Below, piece after piece: positions 38,471 through 47,915 of a stretch of 64,000 nt of DNA (within the stretch, counting starts at the first letter, position 1; every line of letters starts with the position of its first letter). Location: assembly GCA_018992685.1 (NCBI GenBank), contig JACVGT010000003.1, forward strand, positions 1 to 64,000, written 5' to 3'. Position numbers and translations under genes: made by a program. Source of the DNA: Theionarchaea archaeon (GTDB lineage Archaea; Methanobacteriota_B; Thermococci; Methanofastidiosales; SZ-28-30). The notes under the pieces were generated by a model that was given only the letters and a program-made list of their open reading frames with translations, had not been told where the DNA came from and did no database searches.

Positions 38471-39346
38471 TCATCTTTTGACGAGAAGCGCCTTTGTCAT
38501 TATTCCATGGCAATACGCCACAGCTCTCACAAGGTGAAGCGAAAAGGTCAACAGCAGAAAGCCCAAGATGGGATAGAGGATCGTTGATGTTGTGGTGTTG
38601 ATTGGCAGATTTCCCAGTGACAGTTCAATCCCCAGGGGTACAGCAACGGGATAGATTATCAGGCCTATTGCTGTAGCAAACAACAGCACAAACGCCGCGA
38701 AGTAAATAAGTCCCAGGGGGAGCATTAAGATCAGGTAGCATGCAGATGTGTAAAGCCTCCAATCCTCCAGAATTGCCTTCATCTTCTGCCAGGCCGTCCC
38801 GGTTGCGATGAACTTCCTCCTCTTGCGGGGCATCCTAATGCCAAGGCAGGTTTCGCTCATTCTTCCGTGGAACCAAGACAGTCCGAATATGCTCAACAAG
38901 AACAGTATCCCTAAAGGTATTCCTATGATAGTCAACGCGAGTCCCACACTCAGCAGCGCTCCAACAGCAATATACGCGAAGTATATGATGCCCAAAGGAA
39001 GAAGCAGCAGCACATAGGCCAGGTTCAGGTATGTGCCTGAATCTATGAAGACACCAAATATGCGGGAAAACATCCAGCGTTGTGCAACCACTTTTTTCTC
39101 TGTTTTTTCTGATTCCATTCTGTAATACTCTTCAGCAATCTCTGAAGGCAGTCCATATTCTTCTATAGCTGCTTTAAGAGCTTCCTGATCAGAACTGCAT
39201 GCCGCCGAACTTGCGTGCTCCTTTGTGCTCAATTCCAGGTGCTCTTCTGCATCATCAAGAGCGTCTGAAATCAGTGCAGGGTCCAACCCTTCAAGAGCTT
39301 TTTCTAGATCCTTCAGATACTGTTGGACAGATTTATATTTATTCAC
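38471..39346 (-). CDS. HAAS/DUF1700 + putative sensor-domain membrane protein
   Basis: YLKDLEKAL...DAEEHL...YGLPSEIA N-terminal domain followed by TM sensor-like segments; coupled to PadR. Confidence 0.8.
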   Translation of the reverse strand: MNKYKSVQQYLKDLEKALEGLDPALISDALDDAEEHLELSTKEHASSAACSSDQEALKAAIEEYGLPSEIAEEYYRMESEKTEKKVVAQRWMFSRIFGVFIDSGTYLNLAYVLLLLPLGIIYFAYIAVGALLSVGLALTIIGIPLGILFLLSIFGLSWFHGRMSETCLGIRMPRKRRKFIATGTAWQKMKAILEDWRLYTSACYLILMLPLGLIYFAAFVLLFATAIGLIIYPVAVPLGIELSLGNLPINTTTSTILYPILGFLLLTFSLHLVRAVAYCHGIMTKALLVKR

Positions 39347-39803
39347 AGGGCTCACCTCCTACAAAAGAATCAACAAAATCCCTTATCCTGTACCAGGATT
39401 CCTCCCATATCTTGAGGGTTTCCTTGCCCTTCTCAGTTATCCGGTAATATTTGCGGGCAGGGCCAGATTCAGATTCACGAATCTCGCTTTTTAGCAAGCC
39501 ATCCCTTTCTAAAGCCCTCAGTACTGGATATATAGTCCCCTGTTTCAAAAATGCTGCCCCGTTTTTTATTTTCATCTCTCTTGAGATGCGGTATCCATAG
39601 AGGGGCTCCCTTGACTGTTCTGTGATAGCCAGGAGTACGAGCGAGATCATGCCGGAGATGACATTCTTTTCAAATTTCAGATCTCTGCACCTTTCGTCCT
39701 CCTGGGGTTCTTCTCCTGTATTCTTGTCTGTCTCTGCAATTTCTGTTTTCCTTTTCAAGTGCGTTCCATTAGGTATTGCAAGAGCTACAATATTGTGTAT
39801 CAT
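39339..39803 (-). CDS. PadR family transcriptional regulator
   Basis: PLYGYRI, GTIYPVLRALERDGLL, GPARKYYRITEKG. Confidence 0.92.
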   Translation of the reverse strand: MIHNIVALAIPNGTHLKRKTEIAETDKNTGEEPQEDERCRDLKFEKNVISGMISLVLLAITEQSREPLYGYRISREMKIKNGAAFLKQGTIYPVLRALERDGLLKSEIRESESGPARKYYRITEKGKETLKIWEESWYRIRDFVDSFVGGEPCE

Positions 39804-39805
39804 AC

Positions 39806-39828
39806 ACTATTGTACAGTGTACAGTAGT
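39806..39828. promoter_or_regulatory. Palindromic operator between TATA and padR start
   Basis: ACTATTGTACA-G-TGTACAGTAGT (one mismatch between arms), adjacent to minus-strand CCGAAACCTTTATATA. Confidence 0.75.
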
Positions 39829-39960
39829 ATATAAAGGTTTCGGTGTGCACAGTAGATCGACATGCAAAACATTTCTGCACACCATTTTTTTAGGTAAGAT
39901 TTTTTTTGGTCTCTTAGCGTCTCTATTTGTGTAAATTAGAATGTATTGGAGGTGAAAATA

Positions 39961-40206
39961 ATGGATAAGAAAGAACTGATAGAATCATTCAAGGCAATAT
40001 CGAAAAAATGGCGAGTAGAGTTTCTTATACTCTACATCCTCTTTTGCGGTGCAACATTAGCGATTATGATGTGGAAAGGAAAATCGCTTATCCTCTTCCA
40101 TGATGCGTTCTTTGGTAGTGTAATTGCAACAGTTCTAATTACGGTAGAACAGATTTGCACATTTCATTTTAACATTCTTAAGCAGAAGCTACCCAAACGT
40201 TTTTAA
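39961..40206 (+). CDS. Small two-TM membrane protein
   Basis: SD GGAGGTGA, two hydrophobic segments, basic tail. Confidence 0.7.
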   Translation: MDKKELIESFKAISKKWRVEFLILYILFCGATLAIMMWKGKSLILFHDAFFGSVIATVLITVEQICTFHFNILKQKLPKRF

Positions 40207-40240
40207 TCAATTCTGTAAAATAGAAGAGAGGTGAAGATGT

Positions 40241-40336
40241 ATGAACTTTCTGAAAGGTTGGCCTTTTGAACCATTGGATGTAATTCAAGACAATGTCCCC
40301 ACATTGGGAGATTCAGGGGGAGGAAGTCCCGGTTAG
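40241..40336 (+). CDS. Putative 31-aa peptide (MNFLKGWPFEPLDVIQDNVPTLGDSGGGSPG)
   Basis: SD GAGGTGA 6 nt upstream, 34 nt after the membrane-protein stop, followed by hairpin CCAGTG-ATA-CACTGG + TTTT. Confidence 0.6.
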   Translation: MNFLKGWPFEPLDVIQDNVPTLGDSGGGSPG

Positions 40337-40625
40337 AGTGGATTAGACCTCCAGTGATACACTGGTTTTGAACTCCAGAAGCGGTCAACCAATCCTGTAT
40401 CAATCCTTATTCTAGAATCCTTTTCTTCCAGGAAATATCACAAAGGGTTCAGGCTGAGATCCAGATCCTGACTCAGGGCTCTCACACGTCTCGGTCGAGA
40501 TTCATATCATACACGTATGAGCCCCATGATCCTGTGACCTTGCAGTATTGCCCTTGACTTATAAGGCCAGAAGAAAAGGGAAAAGCCTTAAATTGACCCA
40601 CTTCAAAGAGAGAGGAGGAGTTGTG

Positions 40626-41060
40626 ATGATCTTGAAGAAGACCAAGAAATCCTTTGCGGTCTGGCTCGTACTTACTGGCCTTCTAGCCACTGGATGCATC
40701 GGCCAGAAGTCTGAAACCCCGATAGAAGGAGAAGAGTCTCAGGAATGGTTTGCCAGAGCACAGCCGATGGCAGAAAATATTCTCATTGCCGTGGAGACTG
40801 GCGATTATCAGTCCTTCATTAGAGACTTCTCAGAGCAAATGGTCAAAGAAATGCCTGAGAAGAACTTCCTGGAAGTGAAGGAAAAACTGTATTCCCAGGT
40901 GGGATCCTATCAGTCTTTGAGTACGTTGAAGACCACAGAACAACGAGACTACGTTATCGTATATTTCACTGCCCACTATGAGAAAGATGATGTAACGGTA
41001 AAACTCGTGTATAGGAAGGGAGACTCAACCTACAAGATAGAGGGACTGTGGTTCGCCTGA
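40626..41060 (+). CDS. Lipoprotein, DUF3887-like
   Basis: Lipobox TGC, RDFSEQM, C-terminal KIEGLWF. Confidence 0.75.
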   Translation: MILKKTKKSFAVWLVLTGLLATGCIGQKSETPIEGEESQEWFARAQPMAENILIAVETGDYQSFIRDFSEQMVKEMPEKNFLEVKEKLYSQVGSYQSLSTLKTTEQRDYVIVYFTAHYEKDDVTVKLVYRKGDSTYKIEGLWFA

Positions 41061-41192
41061 TGTCCGGAATACCTTTTCCTTCAGAAAGGACATGAACCCG
41101 CGAGTCCAACCAGGAATAACACAGAGACTGCTTCTTTTATAGCTGATCCCAGAACAGCAGGCAGAATCATATACTTGGATACTGATTCGACC

Positions 41193-43970
41193 TCACAGAA
41201 CCACGAATTCTCGTTCTAGCCTGCTGAATTCAACATGAGAAAGTGTATCTCTGAAAAGAGGGACAATGAGTATTGAATTGCGTGTTACAATAATGTCTTT
41301 CAGGGCCTGCAGGTATTTGAGGAGAGTTTCAAAACTTGTTTGAGTTGCCAGGTATTCTGCACCGTCAAATAGTATCACAGATTCCTCAGTTCTCTCCACA
41401 AATCCTCGAAGGATGTAGTTCAGTTTGGACAGGTCATTCGGGCTCATAGCATTGGAATCCTCCGCCTGCGACAACCAGAAAATGGGAGTCTTGGTCAATC
41501 CATATGCTCTTCTGAGCTTATCAGGGTGTTCTCTGGAGATTATAAACCCAGGTACGCCATGAGTGACCAATTCGACGAAAATCTCTAGAGATTTCTGGGG
41601 TTTGGGTTCCAAGACAATGTAACTCTCTGAATTTTCTACCATACGCGTCTTCTTTGTCTTCAGATGATTTTCTGCAACTGGTTCCACGAGGATTCTCGTT
41701 CTGTCGATCAAGGCTGAAGACATGCTCGCCAGAATTTCCACATCCTTTATGTCATCTTCGTCTATTCTTCTCTTGGTCTCAACATTATCAGCTCCCAGTG
41801 CAGCAAAAGCTTCATCCTGGACGACAATGGGAACCCAGATAAATGATTCTGATTCTGAGGTGATTTGTTTTCCCTCATCTGGAGTGTATTTTTCCACATA
41901 GATTGTTCTCTTCTCTCGGACACACTTCACAGCAACGTAGTCAGGATCACTCAATGGCACTGATATCCCTTTTGCCGGGAGCTGGGTTCCCTTTCCAAGA
42001 TAATATTCCAGCGTCCCCCTTGTTGAATTCACCAGGGCAATGCCTGACCGGTCAAATCCTAATCTTACCACACTCTCCACGATGGTATGCATTCCTCTCT
42101 CCCAATTTCTCTCACTCTGAAGGTTCTGTCGTGTCTCTAAGAGTATTTCCAATCGTCTCGATCTTTTCTCTATCCTTCTTTCGAGTTCCCGGTTCAGTGA
42201 TTTCACTTCGTCAAATAACCGTGAATTCCTGACCGCCGAGGAGATCACTTCACTCAAGGGCTTCAAAACTTCAATATCTTTCTGGTCATAAGCATTTTCC
42301 ACTGACTTTGAGATATGCAGTGCGCCCACGCATTTCCCCTCAACCATGAGTGGAACGAGAATCTGAGATATACACACTTCTGTCCCGGGAATCCACACTC
42401 CTCTCTCGTCCTTGTCTGCATTGTCCAACAACAAAATGCTCCCGTTCTTGATACAGTGTCCCACCAACCCTTCTCCGCTCCCCAGAGTTGCGGTCTTCAT
42501 GGCATCTCGAAGTCCTTCAGACACGTATGCTGGATAAATTCTTTCTTCATCCTCAGAAAGGAGGAAGATCACAAAATTATCAAACCCAATCAGGTCCTTG
42601 ACCGAATCTGATACAAATTTGTATATTTCCTGTATATCTATAGAAGAATTAAGGAGTTTGCTTGCCTCAAAGAGACTTCTCAGCTGCTTCTCAGCCCGCT
42701 TGAGTTCGGTAATGTCGTTGAGAATGCCTTCGAAGAATTTCACCCTGGAGTTTTCATCCAGTGCGACGCGTCCGCTCTCAAGGACGGTAATCTGATGTCC
42801 GTTCTTGCACCGAAGTACAAGTTCAACATTTCTGACAAACCCTTCTTTTTCCAGCCTCTTAACGATATTCTCTCTTTGAATTGGATCGACGTAAAGATCA
42901 GTGGCAATATTCAAGCCTAGAAGCTCAGCCTCGGATTCATATCCGAGCATTTGCACAAGTGCCGGATTCGCAAACAGAAGCCTTCCATCAGGAGTGGTCT
43001 GATATATTCCTTCGAGAACATTCTCGAAAAACTCTCTGAGTTTCCTCTCGGAAGCTCGCAACTCTTCTTCCGCTTTCTTGCGGTCTGTGACATCTCGTGT
43101 CGTGGCAATAAAGCCCACTGGATCTCCATTCGAATTCTTGATGACTGACGCATTGAGTTCCCCAATGAAGTGAGATCCATCTTTTCTCAGGAACGTGTAC
43201 TCCAGGTCTCTCACAGAACCCATTGTCAGGGTATCTTGAAGGCCATCTTTTGCCCTCTCCCGATCTTCAGGGGCAATGAGTTCGAATGCACTCTTTCCAA
43301 GTAAATCCTGGACATTCCTGGTGCCGTGCATCTCCAACGCGTGAGGAGAGACGAAAATGATTTCTCCTTCAAGATCAGTTGCAGTGATTGCCTCTGGAGA
43401 GGTATCAACCAATGTCTTGTATATTTCCTGCATTCCCCTTTGCTCTTCAAACAATTCTGCAGTTTCCAGGGCAATTGATGCATAGAATGCCAGAATCTCA
43501 AGAAGTGTTTGATCTCCTTCTGAAAAGGCATTGAGCTCCCTACTTTCAGCATCTAGTAAACCAATAGTCCTGTTCATGATCTTCAGAGGGACGCATAGCT
43601 CCGACCTCGCATTTTTCAACCCGGGGATATGCCTTCTATCCTTTCTCACGTCTCCTATATTTAGAGAGCGCTGAGTTCTGGCAACGTGTACAGTGATGCC
43701 TTTTACGCTATCAAGCGGAATGACCGTCTTCATCTCAGGGTCTTTGAGACCCCTGCATTCGAAGAGGTGTAATTCCTGAGCCTTCTCATCCACCAGGAAT
43801 AGGTCAATATTCCCGAAATTCAGGGTTTTCTCTGCTGCATCCAAGACAGCACGACATATCTTAGTTTTGTCCAGAGTCAATGCGATTTCCTTGGAAAGAT
43901 TATGAAGGGCAGAGAGTTTTTCCTCGTAACTAATCATTTCTTTTATTTCTTTACGTTCTTTATCTTTCAT
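41193..43970 (-). CDS. GAF-PASx2-GAFx2-DUF835 signalling protein
   Basis: SELCVPL GAF, two PAS/PAC repeats, SQILVPL GAF, WVPIVVQDEAFAAL GAF, DUF835 (ISREHP, WLS, FDGAEYL). Confidence 0.88.
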   Translation of the reverse strand: MKDKERKEIKEMISYEEKLSALHNLSKEIALTLDKTKICRAVLDAAEKTLNFGNIDLFLVDEKAQELHLFECRGLKDPEMKTVIPLDSVKGITVHVARTQRSLNIGDVRKDRRHIPGLKNARSELCVPLKIMNRTIGLLDAESRELNAFSEGDQTLLEILAFYASIALETAELFEEQRGMQEIYKTLVDTSPEAITATDLEGEIIFVSPHALEMHGTRNVQDLLGKSAFELIAPEDRERAKDGLQDTLTMGSVRDLEYTFLRKDGSHFIGELNASVIKNSNGDPVGFIATTRDVTDRKKAEEELRASERKLREFFENVLEGIYQTTPDGRLLFANPALVQMLGYESEAELLGLNIATDLYVDPIQRENIVKRLEKEGFVRNVELVLRCKNGHQITVLESGRVALDENSRVKFFEGILNDITELKRAEKQLRSLFEASKLLNSSIDIQEIYKFVSDSVKDLIGFDNFVIFLLSEDEERIYPAYVSEGLRDAMKTATLGSGEGLVGHCIKNGSILLLDNADKDERGVWIPGTEVCISQILVPLMVEGKCVGALHISKSVENAYDQKDIEVLKPLSEVISSAVRNSRLFDEVKSLNRELERRIEKRSRRLEILLETRQNLQSERNWERGMHTIVESVVRLGFDRSGIALVNSTRGTLEYYLGKGTQLPAKGISVPLSDPDYVAVKCVREKRTIYVEKYTPDEGKQITSESESFIWVPIVVQDEAFAALGADNVETKRRIDEDDIKDVEILASMSSALIDRTRILVEPVAENHLKTKKTRMVENSESYIVLEPKPQKSLEIFVELVTHGVPGFIISREHPDKLRRAYGLTKTPIFWLSQAEDSNAMSPNDLSKLNYILRGFVERTEESVILFDGAEYLATQTSFETLLKYLQALKDIIVTRNSILIVPLFRDTLSHVEFSRLEREFVVL

Positions 43971-44053
43971 CGTTATCCCTTCCAGATCTGGACGATTTCA
44001 TCCCTGATAGAAATATAATTCATATTGAGGGAAGATATCGGAAGAATAATATT

Positions 44054-44389
44054 CTATTTCGTGTCAGCTGCACGTAGGACCGTACCCCCATGATCCAGTT
44101 CTCGATCGACTATAGTATTCAAGAGAGCTATATCAACATCCTGTGAGGCTACTACACCCAGCTTATAGGAATTCCGCAGGAAAACGAAGAACCTATCATT
44201 CTCTGTGGGTTGAAGGTCGCGGGCGTCTTCGTGCCTGCTGTACATGCCTTCATACAACTGGAAGATGGTTCTGTCGAGAGATCTTTTCTCGTGAAGTTCC
44301 AGGTCTATGGCCAGCACCTTCTTATTCCTGGTAAGGAGGGCTCCTTTGATTCCCGGTACATTCTTTCTCAGTGAACTTATTTCGAACAT
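44054..44389 (-). CDS. Roadblock/LC7-like small protein
   Basis: 111 aa, VPGIKGALL and LGVVASQDVDIALL patterns typical of the roadblock fold. Confidence 0.55.
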   Translation of the reverse strand: MFEISSLRKNVPGIKGALLTRNKKVLAIDLELHEKRSLDRTIFQLYEGMYSRHEDARDLQPTENDRFFVFLRNSYKLGVVASQDVDIALLNTIVDRELDHGGTVLRAADTK

Positions 44390-44862
44390 CGTGTTTTCAT
44401 CCTTTCAGTGGCTTTATATATGTATTTGTGCAATCTTCACATAAAATCACACACGTTCTCACGTGTTTTCAAGAATCACCGGATCAACCTGGTATGTTCG
44501 TGCCTGTACTTCATATAGTTGTCCATTTATTGAAATAATCTGTCATCACGATGTAAAGAGGAATTCCATCCATTGCTACTGTCTCCTTCATTCAGTTTTA
44601 TTTCCTGTCTCTGAATAAAGTGCTATGATCCACGGAGTAGGGCCACTGTCATGATGTGAGAAGAGGTTCTTGGAGCATGTTGGTGCACAGGAACCTGGTG
44701 CTGGTTGAATTCTTGACTCTCTCAATCAGGGAATGAAAAAGCGGTCTTTCAAAGACCCTTGAAAAGATTAGCATGACGAAGTAAAACGCGGGCACATTTC
44801 CACTATCGTGAAGCCAATCAAGAGAGCGACAGATTTATAACCCTGTATCATCAACGGCGCAT

Positions 44863-45132
44863 ATGATTTGGATATTAATCATACTGGGTTTTGTGCTCAT
44901 GGCAGCTATTATAGCTCTCTTCTTGAAGAGTGGCAGGTATAAACAATCAGAGGAGGCAAAGGCACGTGGCTTTTGGTCCGTCTGGATGGGCGTTGGAGGA
45001 GCTATCGGGGCTGTCATCGGGATTCTTCTAGTGGAACTTGCTGATTACTCGTACCCTCTTCCAGCTATCTTGTGGATGATGGGAATGGCAGCTGGTCAGG
45101 TAGGAGGTATCTTATACAGTAGGTACCGGTAG
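44863..45132 (+). CDS. Small three-TM membrane protein
   Basis: Hydrophobic Gly-rich helices; TATA ~25 nt upstream. Confidence 0.65.
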   Translation: MIWILIILGFVLMAAIIALFLKSGRYKQSEEAKARGFWSVWMGVGGAIGAVIGILLVELADYSYPLPAILWMMGMAAGQVGGILYSRYR

Positions 45133-45700
45133 AAGGGCTTTGCTGACTATTGTTATTTATTTCACTTCCGTTTGATTCTAAGATAGAAAATAGGTTATGA
45201 TGAGCTGTTCTGGTTTAATCTAACTCTCAGTCCCTTCTTGCTGGTGATCGAAATTCAGTATTTCTTCATTTCACTTCAGGTCAGAGCTATATTCAACTCT
45301 GTCAACACCTTTATCCCGAGAGTAATCCACACAACAATGACACTCAAGCCGGAGAACGTGGGCCCAACTTCCGGCAGTAATCTCCTCCAGTGCTCAGCAT
45401 GCCCAGGCTCCTACTAGACTGAATTCAGAAACCTTTGCACACTGAACATTCAAGAAGAAGTATATTCTTGATTTTTGGGTTGATCATACGTTTTTCAGGA
45501 ATAAAAAAACGTCCTAGCAGTTTATTTGAGACAAAGGCTCTCCGGGTTTCTACTTCAACCTTTCTAAACCATATGGAACTATGTTAAATGTATTGAGATT
45601 CAGATTGTTGATATTTTATGATATCTAAACAATGTGAACAATGAAAACGTTCTTATATTACCGGGGTTTTCTATCACAAATCTCACAGGAGGTGAAAGAG

Positions 45701-47446
45701 TTGAAAGGAAAAAAAGCAATGCTGTTAGTATTGATACTCGCAATGAGCATCCCGTCTGTTATATCGAGTGGCGACTCCATCAGTGTGGAGTACACTTTTA
45801 GCACCGTGTTCATGAATGACCACTGGGTCATCGTGGACGGTATTCTGCAGGAAATTGCTGGTGAACCAGTGGTACCGTGCTACCCCGCACGAATTCTTCT
45901 CCCTCAGGACGCTGAGGTTACTGATGTTAGTGTTTCCCACAGCAGCCCCATCATCCAGCAGGGAATTGACATCCAGTGGGGGCAGCCCCCGTGTACATTC
46001 AGTGACACCCCAGTCAAGGTGGGGAGAAACAATGACATCTATGGCTCAGACAATCCCTACCCGGGTAAGATGATTGACGTCCTTTCTGTTCAATCTTTCA
46101 GAGGGTTCAAAATACTGTATGTGAACTTGTTCCCGCTGCAGTACCAGCCAAAATCGCAGACTGCAACACTCTATGAAACAATTACAGTGAATGTCAAGAC
46201 TCAGAAAGGCCCCGTCCAGACCCTGTACAGAGGATACAGTGCAGACAAAGAGGCAGTCATCGATCTGGTAGACAATCCTGAAACAGTGGATAGCTACACA
46301 ACACCTGCGCAGAGTGTGTCACCACTCCTTGAATCGGGAACCTACGAATACATCATCATAACCAGCGACGCGCTGACACCAACCTTCCAAGCACTGGCCA
46401 ACCACAAAGCTGCTTTCGTGAACGGAACGAAAATCGTCGATATCCAGTGGATTTACTCTAATTACACAGGGCTAGACGATCCCATGAAAGTGAGGAACTT
46501 CATTACAGACGCCTACAATACGTGGGGAACAAACTGGTGTCTCCTGGGTGGAGATGTGGATGTTGTCCCCTACAGAGGATTCTATGTACGGGTACCAGGA
46601 GGAAGAGATCCCGACATGGCAGCTGACATGTACTTTGGATGCCTGGATGGGACATTTGACGCAGATGGTGACGAACGCTACGCAGAAGAGAACGATGACA
46701 TTGACTGGCTGGAGGAGGTCTTCATTGGGAGGGCACCTGTAGAGACGGTTGACGAAGCTCAAATATTCGTCAACAAGGTCATAGCCTATGAACTGGCGCC
46801 CAAACAGAAAATCTGTCAGTTCCACCAGTCTCGATTGTCCACCGGCAATACGCCCGATTCCAGAGTGATCGCCTGGGACTGCGAGTACTGGACACCCTCC
46901 GACTACGAAAAGCGAGAGCTCTTTGAAGAGGACGGCAATGTGTCCAAGTCTGACTGGATCGCTGCGTGGAATGGGAAGCCTCTGATGTTCCAGCACGTGG
47001 GACATGGCAATACCACAGTCTACGACATCTGCTATGAAGTAGGGGGAGAGGTTGCCTGGTATAATGCAGACGTTCCGAGCCTGGTTAACACCGATTTCTG
47101 GCCCATACACATGAGTGTTGCCTGCATCACCGGAGAATTCGAGGCTAACGACTGTCTGGCTGAAATGTATGTCAAGGATGACGCAGGAGCCATCGCCACC
47201 ATGATGAACGACAACTACGGATGGTATTCTTCACTTGATGCCTCCAAGTACTCAGGGGAATTCCTGGAAACCATGTTCAGAGCCCTGTTCAGTGATGGAA
47301 AACAGAACCTAGGAGAACTTCTGAATCAGGCCAAGAGCTACTGGATCTCTGCAGCCGAGTCCAATGGAACATACAGATGGTGCTACTTCGAGATCAACCT
47401 TATGGGAGACCCTGAAACACCCTGTCTAACTCAGAGAGCCTTTTAA
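45701..47446 (+). CDS. Gingipain-like cysteine peptidase (C25) with propeptide, secreted
   Basis: Signal peptide, GEPVVP propeptide, YIIIT, LLGGD, IGRAPV, catalytic GHG and SVAC, NLMGDP; SD GGAGGTGA before TTG. Confidence 0.9.
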   Translation: MKGKKAMLLVLILAMSIPSVISSGDSISVEYTFSTVFMNDHWVIVDGILQEIAGEPVVPCYPARILLPQDAEVTDVSVSHSSPIIQQGIDIQWGQPPCTFSDTPVKVGRNNDIYGSDNPYPGKMIDVLSVQSFRGFKILYVNLFPLQYQPKSQTATLYETITVNVKTQKGPVQTLYRGYSADKEAVIDLVDNPETVDSYTTPAQSVSPLLESGTYEYIIITSDALTPTFQALANHKAAFVNGTKIVDIQWIYSNYTGLDDPMKVRNFITDAYNTWGTNWCLLGGDVDVVPYRGFYVRVPGGRDPDMAADMYFGCLDGTFDADGDERYAEENDDIDWLEEVFIGRAPVETVDEAQIFVNKVIAYELAPKQKICQFHQSRLSTGNTPDSRVIAWDCEYWTPSDYEKRELFEEDGNVSKSDWIAAWNGKPLMFQHVGHGNTTVYDICYEVGGEVAWYNADVPSLVNTDFWPIHMSVACITGEFEANDCLAEMYVKDDAGAIATMMNDNYGWYSSLDASKYSGEFLETMFRALFSDGKQNLGELLNQAKSYWISAAESNGTYRWCYFEINLMGDPETPCLTQRAF

Positions 47447-47626
47447 TCATCTCTTTTTTATTTCTTTCTTTCTTTTCGAGCGTTTTGATAATACCTGATT
47501 CTCCAGTACTGCAAACTCTGAGGAACAGCAGTGGTTGAGCAATTGTTGTCATGATGTCACATCAATTCACAAAAGATCACATCTACTCACAAATAGATTT
47601 TTAAATTGTAGAATCTCTTTTTTCTC

Positions 47627-47790
47627 AGCCTGAGACCTCTATGCACAGAGCTGTCTCGGCTAATAGGAAGGGAAACAGCTCGATCAGGAGGAAGTGCTCC
47701 CTCAGGATGACAGAGAAAGGCTGGAGAGAGGGAATTACAGGTTCTTCATAGGTAGTTCACCTCAAGACCCTCTCCAGCCTTAGACTTTTT
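47627..47790 (+). ncRNA. Candidate structured RNA or leader (two strong hairpins)
   Basis: TATA-like TTTTAAAT at ~47599; hairpin 47627-47661; perfect 12-bp stem 47717-47728/47770-47781; ends in a T-run. Confidence 0.3.
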
Positions 47791-47915
47791 CACATGAGAT
47801 TATGAGATTCCTGCCAGTGGCAGCAAGCCCCATGATTTATTGCCATTGGAGACGGTGCCAACCATACCATTTTATAGGATGGAGCCGATCGGTGAGTCAA
47901 TCGTGAGGGAACCCA

